A stretch of 64,000 bases of DNA from assembly GCA_002633005.1 (NCBI GenBank), contig NMRA01000024.1, forward strand, positions 699,803 through 763,802, in the 5' to 3' direction. The number at the start of each line of letters is the position of its first letter. Position 1 is the first letter of the stretch. Made by a program: the position numbers and the translations under genes. The stretch is from Phoronis australis. Lineage: Eukaryota > Animalia > Phoronida. The notes below the pieces were generated by a model. The model was given only the letters and a program-made list of their open reading frames with translations, was not told the DNA's origin and ran no database searches. Shown here piece by piece: positions 23,093-34,869 of the stretch.

Positions 23093-26000
23093 NNNNNNNN
23101 NNNNNNNNNNNNNNNNNNNNNNNNNNNNNNNNNNNNNNNNNNNNNNNNNNNNNNNNNNNNNNNNNNNNNNNNNNNNNNNNNNNNNNNNNNNNNNNNNNNN
23201 NNNNNNNNNNNNNNNNNNNNNNNNNNNNNNNNNNNNNNNNNNNNNNNNNNNNNNNNNNNNNNNNNNNNNNNNNNNNNNNNNNNNNNNAACAAGAGCGTAG
23301 GGAAATGTTGAGTTTATTAATTAACCCCGGTAATTAACATTATACGGCTGAAACAAGATTTAAATGTGTTCAGTTTTAATGTTTGGGGGGGGGGCTCAGA
23401 TCCAATTTCAAGTGTCAAATTCGGAACACGGCGCAATCGTAACGGAACTATGGTTAAGTATAGGCTCTCCCGCGATATCTCGGGCGACCGGCAGTGGCGC
23501 TGGGCACTACGACTTCGTTTCCGTCGTCTGCTCCACTGTGCAATGAAGAAATTACTTCATTTTTTAAAGAAACTGGAATATTAGTGATGGTGAAAAAACA
23601 GAAGCTGCTGGTAAGATGTCACTTTTAAAAGAAGCTTTAGTGAATCACTCAGAAACTCAATTCTCTCTTTGTCAAACCTTAACTTAAGACGATTTCCAAA
23701 GCAATCGCGTCAATATGGCCAACACAAAAAACGGATTTGGTCTTTTGAGCAATTGAAGACTATTTTAAATACAACAAATTTGAAAACTGATTGCACAAAA
23801 TATAAAACATGTAATAAGCATTACAAAAAGAAGGAGTTATCGCGCGCAAACGCTGTGGACAACAAATAAGTAGGTCTCTAAGTATAAGATTAGTAGTTAA
23901 ATCGTGGTAAAGCACTCTCGCTCTTTCCGCTAGGTTGTGAGTTCGAGTCTGTGGTATTTGCAGATTTTCCTGGTTGACACTTTCTTCGTTTTTTTGCCTT
24001 TTTTCTTGGATAATACTTCGGGAATCAAGGAAAATGCTTGATTTTTTGAGGAAAAAACAGAAAGATTTCCATTCGGTGCTATGCGCATCTACAATCGTGC
24101 TTGGATCAAATGTTTACAGACAAAATGTTGGGCCCCCTTGTGATATCCTAGATCCGCCACTTAGATGATGGTGATGGTGATGGTGATGATGGTGATGGTG
24201 ATGGTGATGGTGATGGTGACGATGGCAATGACAATGATGATAAGGAAGATTATGGCGATGGTAATTATAAGATGTCTATAATTGTGGTCATAGTGATGAC
24301 GACGACGGTGATATTAAAGATGATGGTTGGGTGATGGTGGTGGTGAATTTGAAAATGATACTAATTAATGATTGCAGTGTTGGAGATGGCGACACTGGTT
24401 ACAAAAGATCTCGTGTTCTTGCGCAATCCGATAACATGTGTAAACTCACTGTAGGTATTTCCGTCACTGCCGCACACAGGAGCAAAGATGAACGGACACG
24501 CCATTGGGCAGCATTCTCCCTTGTAATCTATGGCTATTGGCGCCTTCCCATATGTCTTGGCTTTGCAGTTAGCTGCTTCTAATTCACAGTCGTTGGCTCA
24601 AAACAGAAAAAAAAACGTACTGTCTCACATAAATCTTGTCTTTCTCACAAGACATTATGTAGTGTACATTATCAACAATGGCGTATTTCCAACATGCAAG
24701 AATTAAAATCGAAAAATACCGCTCTGTAGAAAAGTAAGTAAAGTGATTCTAAAAGGTAGAAAACAGATAAGGTACCGTCATGTTAACACGAAAATCAACT
24801 AAATCAGAATAATACGCAAAGTTGCTGACGTGAATCATCTTAATTTATGTTAATAGACATAACAGTAAGTGCGCGTTGTCAAAGATGTAAACACCCTACG
24901 GAAACGAAAGTTGCCACCACAGTAGGTACGCGCCGGTTCTCAGTGTTAGCTGTGATCATCAATCGGTAGCAGTCTCATTTCTGTGACAAAGTCCTCTTAG
25001 GCAGTTCATTCAAAGGTCATTTCATTGTTAATTTCAGCAAAATATGCTCTTTTACTTCCAGTACTCACAGTGGGTCTGGAAATCGGTGCCACAAACTGGA
25101 GCGTAGATATCCGGGCAAACTGTATTGCACTTGCATCGACCATCGTATTTAAGCGTCGGAACTGTCTCGCCCTTTGACCTGGCGACACACTGAGCTATCT
25201 CCAACATGCACTTGTTGCCTAGTAACGGAAGAAAGGAAACTCTAATAAGCACTGTCCACGCGATTCTGTTTTCGTTTGAAAACGTAATTTTGCGTTTTCA
25301 AAGTTTTCTGTCCACATAAATTTGCTGATACGCCAGCGTTTTCGAAAAATTGTGTTTTCAGTTGTAGGTACATGTGGACGGACGGCGTATCGGTAAAAAG
25401 GTTGCCAAGGAGATTATATTCAAAAGTTTCGTTTTGGTTGTCTAATGGGTGTATTCTTGTGGACGGAAGCCGTATCCGTAAAGAGAAAGTTGACACAACT
25501 GTGCTACACGACATGAAATGGAAGATTGCATAAGACTAGTTTTGGACGAAAAACCGGATGTATTTAGTGTAAGAAGTATACGTTAAGAATTGAATTTTGA
25601 AATTACTGGGTGTTTCAACATTAATAACGTGTATTGTATACTTAAATTCAACTACAGGTAATAAATTTTAAACTTTTCTACTTTACGCCTAATAGGAAAT
25701 AACGGATAACGTCATTAAAATCGCTTTGGTGTGAAAATCACTATTTAAAGTACTAATCCACTTAAAATTCGGCGTTTCAATTCGACAATAAAAGCACTAA
25801 AGCCCAAATTAGACCACTTAGGTTCCTTTAAAATTTCTCTCAATCCTAGCACAGAACTCTTGATTCTAGGAATCAATGACAAATACAATGCAGTTATAGC
25901 TGAAATATAAAGTTTAACTTGATTGAAGACTGAACTCAGTAAAATGCAAGAATTCCTTAGATTCTCACTCTTTTCGTCTAAGGCAATATAGACAGGCTTT

Positions 26001-29000
26001 CTCGATTGTGCGTTATCAGACGAATGGCAATTTTTTGGTTTCCGAACAATACGGATACGAGTCTGCTAGTTTTTGTATCGGGGTTTCGACGCGCAGCTAT
26101 TACAGTGCCGCTCGGTTAAAAGTTGACAAGGATAAGCCTACTGCGATCCACCGTTTGCTTGCCTTTGAGTGGTACCCATATGGTTATATAGGGGGCGCCA
26201 CTGTTGGCTTGTCGTTGTAACTTGTCGACAAATCTGCATTCAGCCAAATATCTAGCTATAAAGTTAACTAGGTATGGGGAAAGTAGAAAGCCTTTAAATT
26301 TGACCTCTGACCTTTTACTAGTCTGTCATTGACAAGATCATGTGATCATCTCCTTTTAGTAAAATTTAGCAAACAGGAAAGGTACATTTGAAAACAACGA
26401 CATCAAATTTCGTTTGTTGTAAAAATTCAAGATGAAATCTCCAAAACGCTGTTACAATTTTCTAAATTATCATTTCGTTTTCGTTTTTTGCAAGTTTTGA
26501 TTTTTTTCATAAAATCATAAAAGTTCTATTGTAGACTAACTTGAAAAAGTTAATCATTTTAAATCCAGTTCCTGACAGCGTTCATGAGAACAGTGCATCA
26601 AACATGATATCGGAAAGTTTCGTATAAATCCGAGATAGGATGTTCTGAAATTTCGATATTTTTCTGCGGTCTCATGTAAACTAAAGGTTATGTAGGACCT
26701 GAGAGAAATGTCCAAATTCGTCAAACGTCGGAACATTATACCTCAGAAATGTTTGATCGAATTCATATGAATTTTTTGAGTTACGATGCATGAAAAAATC
26801 AAAAGTTGCATAACAAGAAAAACAATGAAAATTTAGAAAACTGCAAGCGTTCTTGAGATTTTTTCTTGAACACGTTAAGTTAGTCATGTTGTTGAAACCC
26901 TTGTTTTGCTGTCAATGTACTTTTATTTTCTGTGAAATTTGTCTAAAAAGACAGGGTCACGAAACTCAATTACTGTCAAGTTATTAAAAATCAAAAACGT
27001 CCTAAGGCTTTTCTATCGAGTTATAATTTGTAGTTTTGTATAGATTTTGCTACATCTACAAGCTGTATATTAATATATGAGAGGGCTGCCCGAATCTCAA
27101 AGTTTATTTGTACTCACGCCATCATCTAAAATAGACATTGTTAATATTTTGCAAATAATTAAGCAACCTACTTTCAACACGTAAAATCGAGTTAGTGTCT
27201 GGAAAAGCAAAGAATATTATTCAAAAAAGCTTTTTTTTGTACCGTGGGTCCTTCCGTTGCTGTCGCATACTGGCTGGTAAATCTTTATGCAAGCTTTCAT
27301 ACATTTGTCTTCTGGCGTCTTCTGGCCGAAACATTGGCTCACCAAACCTGCAGAAATATAACACAAAAGGGGGCGCATTTTAATATGATGATCTTTGAAC
27401 TTCCATATGGTGGTTGCGCACGACGTGTTCTGAAATGGATTTAAGTTTTACGGGCTCGATCAAGTTGTTCAAACTCTTTGTGTTTTGATTACATATGACA
27501 CAGCTAGACATGCATCTATATAGTTATTGGGATCAACAGTTGTAAACGACGACCCATTTGAAGGACAAAGTGCGGGCATGGGACCTCGGATTTGTCGTCG
27601 GTTAGTTCCCGTTGCGTCCACACGGCGACTTGGATCCGTAATAAATTGATTCGGCATACGCTGCAATTAATTCCTGACGTAAAGATAAATGGTGTCACTT
27701 CACAACCGGCACAAATTGCGACATATTCCGCTGTTGTGTAAACAAATCAAGAAGAAGCACAGGAAAAAAATCAATGGAATTCACGTAACTGAATCAAGTA
27801 GTGCCGTGCACCATTATAACACGTGCTTATTGCAAAAAAGCTACCACCTTGGTTGAGAAATGATCAGGCGTCAACTTACAAAAGTAGATTATTTATTCCG
27901 GGGTGCGATACTCACAAACTTCACGCAGGAATAGTGTTTAGCATCTTGCAGTGGCGGATTTACGGGTGGGCCAAGGGGGCCATGCCTCCCCCCCTAAAAT
28001 TCTCCCATATTCCATTTGGCAGTTCGGGGATGCGAATGTCTGACGGGCTAAATTCTTGCCAATACTCTGCCCCCCAACTCAAAATCCCGGATCCGCTCCA
28101 GCGCTCATGCCTTGCAACCGTNCAGCTCCAGCGCTCCTGCCTTGCAACCGTGGTCTACAGTAATGATATTTTGTTAAGCAGAGCATCAAATTGACAACTT
28201 CCATCGTACAAGCAGTCAACCCGGCCAACCCGCGATCGAGAACGCCCGGAAGGCGATCGAGAACGAGACCTTGCACCAAAAATGGCAGACAACAGGGACG
28301 TACCCGGTGAATTTAAGTGTCATTCTCTGCTTAAATAGAGGCTACTTTGGTACGAATGCTACACACAGAAAAGCGTAAGAGTGTAGCCTTTGTTGTGGAT
28401 CTGAAATAATACTTGGCTTTTGCTTATTTTTTAAAAGAAAGAGCTCAGAAAGAAACAATGGCTTTCGGTAAAATGTCTTGCGCCTCGTAAAAATCGACAA
28501 TTTGTAGTTGTTATTAGCAATTCCAGGGTTCTTAATTGGAGACGTGTGGCGTTTATAGTTTAATCGTCCCTGGTGACACCTTTGTTAGCTATGATTTGTG
28601 AAAAAATTCGAGATATTTACCAAATGAATACAAGCAGGTTCTTGTGTGAGACGGCAATCGCGAACGAAGTCGTTAATTCTCTTTGGCGACCGTGAACGCA
28701 AAAAAGCGATCATGAACGCACCATGCATTGGCCTGAATAGTTCAAGAACTCGATGTATTTGTGAGGTGCTTACATCGAATTTTGATGATTTATTGGTCTA
28801 AAACGATGAATTCAAGCGATAAGTTGACACCAGTAAGCGTGTTGTGAACGGCTGAACAGACTGCGTCCGAACCGATTACGTCATTGGTTAATTTCCACAC
28901 CTCCGTCTGCCGTTAGGTGTCAGGTAAAACAACAGAATTTGCTGTTGTCGAGCGGAACTACTTGATCTGAATTGTTACAAAACAGAATGTTTTTGGGTGG

Positions 29001-30338
29001 CATTCTCCTTTAAATGGCCATACTAAGTGTCATTGGGCAATATTTACATACTATTGTTCTGACCAATTAGTGTTTAAAGAGAAAATATATGTCTATGATT
29101 ATTGTAGAAATTGCTTTCATGTTGTTGTTGATTTTCTGTGAGTGACTATTATACTATCAGGAAGAGATAACCTGATATAGTGCATAAATTCTACTGCCTG
29201 TTCGAGTAATTAAGTTCTCTGATAAGTCACAGGAAAAATGGGGGCGAGCTGTCAGTATGTAGGGTACTAAGTATTTAAATAGCAGTATCATAGTTACAGA
29301 AATCTCATTAAAAGGATGAATTTACAAACGCCCGGTCGTTATTTTTGTCGCATTATGCGATTACCAAGGTTTTGAAAACTATATGTTAACAAGTTAATAG
29401 TTTTTTGATTACAGTAACTGTGACCGTTAATAACAAATGTCTCGTGGCCAGTGTCTTGGAATTGCCTTGTTCAAGACTACTAGCGCTTGAAGCGGTAGGC
29501 TACTTCCCGTTTACTCAATGTCTAAACGTGAAATCAAGAAACAGGACTTAAAAATGTACTTGCTATGATAGCCTTGGTTCTGTCCATTGCAAAGTGCCCC
29601 CAGGGTCTGGGTTCTAATCTTTTTACTCGAAATGGAACTCGAAATTGTGTTTGGCATTTTCTATTCTACTTTTGTGCGAACTCAAAATAAGTGTCTATTA
29701 TTCTATGCTCGAGTACATAATGACTTGTGTGGATAATTTTCGAGTCCTAGTTCGCAGTTGATAAACCCATTATTAAGGCAAAAAGTTCGAGTTTGAACTC
29801 GAAATTCCGAGTTTTTACTCCAGTTTGTAGCACGAATATAAGGATTATCAATTGCAAACTTGGACTAAAAACTATAATGTATTCGATCACAGTCTAATTA
29901 ATGACCACTTATTTTAAGTTCGCACAAAAGTAGCAGAGAAATTGCCAAAAATAATTTCGAGTTCATTTAGAGTACAAAGATTAGATTCCGGGCCCTGATC
30001 GTTGCAACTCATTTCAACCTCTCGTCGCCATTATAATGATGCCGCGTTTTGATTATCTTTGTCTACGCCGCCGCTCTTAAAGGAAACTGTGAAATTTAAT
30101 GGATCCGGAATGCCCTGTGACTTTCTGAAACGACTCAAACTTTCTGTTGCTGTAGCTGCTCATCCTGATGACGCGGCAAATAAAGCTAATATGTCCGTCG
30201 CACTCAGTCTTAATTTTTGGTGTTCGGATAGCTACACAGAAATGTAGTTTTAAATAACATCTCCGTGGACCCATTTTTGCAAACGGATTTTTTTAAAAAC
30301 AAGTACTTACCAACGAAAAGAACTGTAGCAAAATACAT
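22420..30338 (-). CDS. Secreted three-domain Kazal-type serine protease inhibitor (Kazal gene A), 176 aa; exons 30338-30311, 27347-27243, 25218-25069, 24596-24450, 22520-22420
   Basis: All introns are phase 1. Product: MYFATVLFVGLVSQCFGQKTPEDKCMKACIKIYQPVCDSNGRTHGNKCMLEIAQCVARSKGETVPTLKYDGRCKCNTVCPDIYAPVCGTDFQTHSNDCELEAANCKAKTYGKAPIAIDYKGECCPMACPFIFAPVCGSDGNTYSNDCELGVQSCVNKKRGFEEITVYGKEPCSDQL*. It has a signal peptide and three six-Cys Kazal domains, with AATAAA signals downstream of the stop. Exon 1 is 28 nt, as in gene B. Confidence 0.9.
23289..24161 (+). mobile_element. ~1-kb non-autonomous DNA element (GGCGGATTTAGG...CCTAGATCCGCCAC family) inserted in a GAT microsatellite
   Basis: Shares internal sequence with 31736-31928 and its 3' end with 35690-35900; the left end is lost in the gap. 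Related termini occur at 14282-14330 and 27949-28100. Confidence 0.65.
25248..25575. mobile_element. Degenerate PIF/Harbinger-like MITE
   Basis: Contains GTCCACGCG...GTTTTCGTTTGAAAACG...TGTGGACGGAAGCCGTATCCG motifs typical of a widespread aquatic-animal MITE type; family assigned from memory. Confidence 0.45.
26220..27070. mobile_element. Old DNA element with long imperfect inverted arms; partial relative at ~18420-18740
   Basis: 26440-26510 is inverted relative to 26790-26870, and 26220-26510 is collinear with 18420-18735 (CAGCCAAATATC...AAATTTAGCAAA...CAA(C/G)TTTTGATTTTT). Confidence 0.5.
29601..29997. mobile_element. MITE with long TIRs (second copy ~32756-33132)
   Basis: CAGGGTCTGGGTTCTAATCTTTTTACTCGAAATGGAACTCGAAATT is inverted relative to AATTTCGAGTTCATTTAGAGTACAAAGATTAGATTCCGGGCCCTG. 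Confidence 0.75.
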
Positions 30339-31270
30339 TATGTGACCAATTCCGTTATCACTGACATGGGGTGTTCAGTATATCGCGCGCTATTTATCGT
30401 GGTCATCAAGAAGCAGCACCTGTTGTTTCCCATAGCGCCTTATCGCCAAATGAAATCGTCAACGCACTTAGGTAGTATTGACCCGGGTCTCTGTCGGCGG
30501 GATTTACATGATGTATTGCACCGGTGTTGAGGGTATGCAAATGTTCGTGAGAACATGTGCAGAATCCGAGAACCAACAACTTATTTATTTTCGTGATAAG
30601 TCGCAAAGGTCCACAAAGGAATAATTTACAATACTGCACAAATGTGTAATTAGCCTTCTTTATATTGAGAACCAATTAGGCTTCCTAGACAATCAGGTTA
30701 TTGCAATGGTTAGCAGCTCAGCGAGCCTATCTGACTCATTCCATACATTGGTTGCTCCTTCGAATATTTTCTCACTTTCACACTTTCCATAGATGATAAT
30801 ACCAGTGGACTTTCTCTTGATTTACGAAAGCTAATCGACGTGTTACTCTACAGGGCAGAGTCGCGCGAAGTAAGCTAGTATGAACACGTGGTTCGCGTGT
30901 AATAGATGGTAATAGCTCGCGAAGTCTACGGAATGCACACCAGCTCTCTCTTTCCTCTCTATTCATAAATTTTCTGAAGATAACTGTACTTCCTCTTGAT
31001 CTGTCAGCGAAAAACTTTCGAATTAACAAACTGTTTAAAACGAATTTTGCCTAAAAGTATAAAATTTGTCTTCAGCCACTTAGGGTTTGTTAATTTACGC
31101 AGCATTCAAACGCAAAGTGCTGACTACCGAGGAGGTGAAGGAGGCGACAAGAGGGAGAGTATTGGCTGGAGAAGATTTTTTTACAGTGAGCAGCTGAAGG
31201 ACCCATAACCCCTTGTGCTTCCCCCCCCTTTCCCGTAGCCTACGCCAGTGTGTTGTGATCAGCAGCAGTG

Positions 31271-31509
31271 CATGCGCGCACCCAGGAGGGGCTCGGGGGG
31301 CTCGAACGAGCCCCCATTTGGACAAAACGGTCCGTCCCCGAGAGACAAAAAGTCCGCGTAAATGGGAGGAAAGCCCACTAAATAAGCGCAAACGCGGAAT
31401 TCACACAGGTGCTTCCGGTTTTTTTTTAATCCGCCCGCTCTTTTGTTAGCAAAATGTCCACAACGTTGGGAATACGAGCCCCCCATATTGAAGGCTGGGT
31501 GCGCGCATG
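31271..31509 (+). mobile_element. ~240-bp GC-rich MITE with TIR CATGCGCGCACCCA and 5-bp TSD CAGTG
   Basis: Perfect 14-bp TIRs with CAGTG on both flanks. Other copies lie at ~34406-34643, 37630-37894, ~47225-47430 (reverse) and 51706-51941. Confidence 0.8.
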
Positions 31510-34500
31510 CAGTGGCGTACCCAGAGTGACTCAACGATGCGTCCAAACGCAAAGTTCATTGTTGGAGACCTCGAAGGGGGGAGGATGAATTAAGTGACAA
31601 CCACAGGGGCTTTTTGGAATCCGAGACGGAACGGAGGAAGGTAATGTTGAGATAAGTGTCGGTTGGAAAAGGGTTTATTTGCAATGAACAAAAGGGCGTG
31701 ATGAGTCCTTCGTCCCCTCTCTTCCTGTGATATGGCATAGGCGGATTTAGGGGGGCCCGCCCCCCCCCCCCCTTGGCTGCCGCAAACTTGAAAAAAATCA
31801 TCAACAGTAAGAGCGTAGTTGAGTTTATTAATTAACCCCTGTAATTAAAATTATACGGATGAAAAAGGATTTAAATGTGTGCAGCTTTAGTGTTGGGGGG
31901 CGGGGGGGGGCTCAAATCCAATTTCAAGNNNNNNNNNNNNNNNNNNNNNNNNNNNNNNNNNNNNNNNNNNNNNNNNNNNNNNNNNNNNNNNNNNNNNNNN
32001 NNNNNNNNNNNNNNNNNNNNNNNNNNNNNNNNNNNNNNNNNNNNNNNNNNNNNNNNNNNNNNNNNNNNNNNNNNNNNNNNNNNNNNNNNNNNNNNNNNNN
32101 NNNNNNNNNNNNNNNNNNNNNNNNNNNNNNNNNNNNNNNNNNNNNNNNNNNNNNNNNNNNNNNNNNNNNNNNNNNNNNNNNNNNNNNNNNNNNNNNNNNN
32201 NNNNTTAGTGTTTTAAGAGAAAATATATGTCTATGATTATTGTAGAAATTGCTTTCATGTTGTTGTTGATTTTCTGTGAGAGACTATTATACTATCAGGA
32301 AGAGATAACCTGATATAGTGCATAAATTCTACTGCCTGTTCGAGTAATTATGTTCTCTGATAAGTCACAGGAACAATGGGGGCGAGCTGTCAGTATGTAG
32401 GGTGTTAAGTATTTAAATAGCAGTATCATAGTAACAGAAATCTCATTAAAAGGATGAATTGACAAACGCCCGGTCGTTATTTTTGTCGCATTATGCGATT
32501 ACCAAGGTTTTGAAAACTATATGCTAACTAGTAAATAGTTTTTTGATTAGAGTAAACTGTGACCGTTAATAACAAATGTCTCGTGGCCAGTATCTTGGAA
32601 TTGCCTTGTTCAAGACTCTACTAACGCTTAAAGCGGTAGGCTACCTCCCTTTTACTCAATGTCTAAACTTGAAATCAAGAAACAGGACTTAGAAATACCC
32701 TTGTTATGATAGCCTCGGTTATCATTGAATAGTTTTGTCCATTGCAAAGTACCCCCAGGGCCGGGGCTCTAATCTTTTTACTCGAAATGGAACTAGAAAT
32801 TATGTTTGGCATTTTCTACTCTACTTTTGTGCGAACCCAAAATAAGCGTCTATTATTCTATGCTAGAGTACATAATGACTTACGTGGATAATTTTTTTGG
32901 TCCTAGTTCGCAGTTGATAAACCCATTATTGAGGCAAAAAGTTCGAGTTTGAACTCGAAATTCCGAGTTTTTACTCCAGTTTGTAGCACGAATATAAGGG
33001 TTATTAAAAACTATATTGTATTCGAGCACAGTCTTATAACTACTTATTCTGAGTTCGCACAAAAGTAGCATTGAAATTGCCTACAATAATTTCGAGTTCG
33101 TTTCGAGTACAAAGATTAGATTCCGGGCCCTGGTCGTTGCAACTCATTTCAACCTCTCGCCGCCATTATAATGATGTCGCGTTTTGATTATCTTTGTCTA
33201 CGCCGCCGCTCTTAATGAAGCTGTGAAATTTAAAAGATCCGGAATGCCCTGTGACTTTCTGAAACGACTCAAACTTTCTGTCGCTGGAGCTGCTCATCTT
33301 GATGACGCGGCAAATAAAGTTAATATGTCCGTCGCACTCAGTTCTTATTTTTGGTGTTCGGATAGCTACACAGAAATGTAGTTTTAATTAGTAACATCTC
33401 CATGGACCCGTTTTTGCAGACGGAATTTTCTTAAAAGCAAGTACTTACCAACGAAAAGAACTGTAGCGAAATACATTGTGTGACCAATTCCGTTATCACT
33501 AACATGGGGTGTTCAATATATCGCGCGCTATTTATTGTGGTCATCAAGAAGCGGCACCTGTTGTTTCCCATAGCGCCTTATCGCCAAATGAAATCGTCAA
33601 CGCACTTAGGTAGTATTGACCCGGGTCTCTGTCGGCGGGATTTACATGATGTATTGCACCGGTGTTGAGGATATGCAAATGTTCGTGAGAACATGTGCAG
33701 AATCCGAGAACCAGCAACTTATTTATTTTCGTGATAAGTCGCAAAGGTCCACAAAGGAATAATTTACAATTCTGCACTAAAGTGTAATTAGCCTTCTTTA
33801 TATTGAGAGCCAATTAGGTTTCCTAGACAATCAGGTTATTGCAGTGGTTAGCAGCTCAGCGAGCCTATCTGATTCATTCCATACATTGGTTGCTCCTTCG
33901 AATATTTTATCACTTTTACGCTTTCCATAGATGATGATGCCAGTGGACTTTCTCTTGATTTACGAAAGCTAATCGACGTGTTACTCTACAGGGCAGAGTC
34001 GCGCGAAGTAAGCTAGCATGAACACGTGGTTCGCGTGTAATAGATGGTAATAGCTCGCGAAGTCTAAGGAATGCACACCAGCTCTCTCTTTCCTCTCTAT
34101 TCATAAATTTTCTGAAGATAACTGTACTTCCTCTTGATCTGTCAGCGAAAAACTTTCGAATTAACAAACTGTTTAAAACGAATTTTGCCTAAAAGTGTAA
34201 AATTTGTCTTCAGCCACTTAGGGTTTGTTAATTTCCGCAGCATTCAAACGCAAAGTGCTGACTACCGAGGAGGTGAAGGAGGCGACAAGAGGGAGAGTAT
34301 TGGCTGGAGAAGATTTTTTTACAATAAGCAACTGAAAGACCCATAACCCCTTGTGCTCCCCCCCTTCCCGTAGCCTACGCCAGTGTGCTATGGTCAGCAG
34401 CAGTGCATGCGCGTACCCAGGAGGGGCTCGGGGGGCTCGAACGAGCCCCTATTTGGACAAAACGGTCCGTCCCCGAGAGACAAAAGGTCCGCGAAAATGG

Positions 34501-34869
34501 GAGGAAAGCCCACTAAACAAGCGCAAACGCGGAATTCACACAGGTGCTTCCGTTTTTTTTTTAGTCCGCCCGCTCTTTTGTTAGCAAAATGTCCACAACG
34601 TTGGGAATACGAGCCCCCCATATTGAAGGCTGGGTGCGCGCATGCAGTGGCGTACTTAGAGTGACTCAGCGATGCGACCAAACGCAAAATTCATTGTTGG
34701 AGACCTCGAAGGGGGAGGATGAATTAAGTGACAACCACAGGGGCTTTTTGGAATCCGAGACGGAACGGAGGAAGGTAATGTTGAGATAAGTCTCGGTTGG
34801 AAAAGGGTTTATTTGCAATGAACAAAAGGGCGTGATGAGTCCTTCGTCCCCTCTCTTCCTGTGATATGG

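Noticed and set aside
20837-23337. Poly-Asp/Met/Ile/His ORFs
   Set aside because: These are translations of (GAT)n microsatellites and N gaps.
27500-27730. Possible THAP-like remnant on the minus strand (CAGC...W...CPHF)
   Set aside because: Cys/His spacing does not fit C-x2-H and there is no supporting context.
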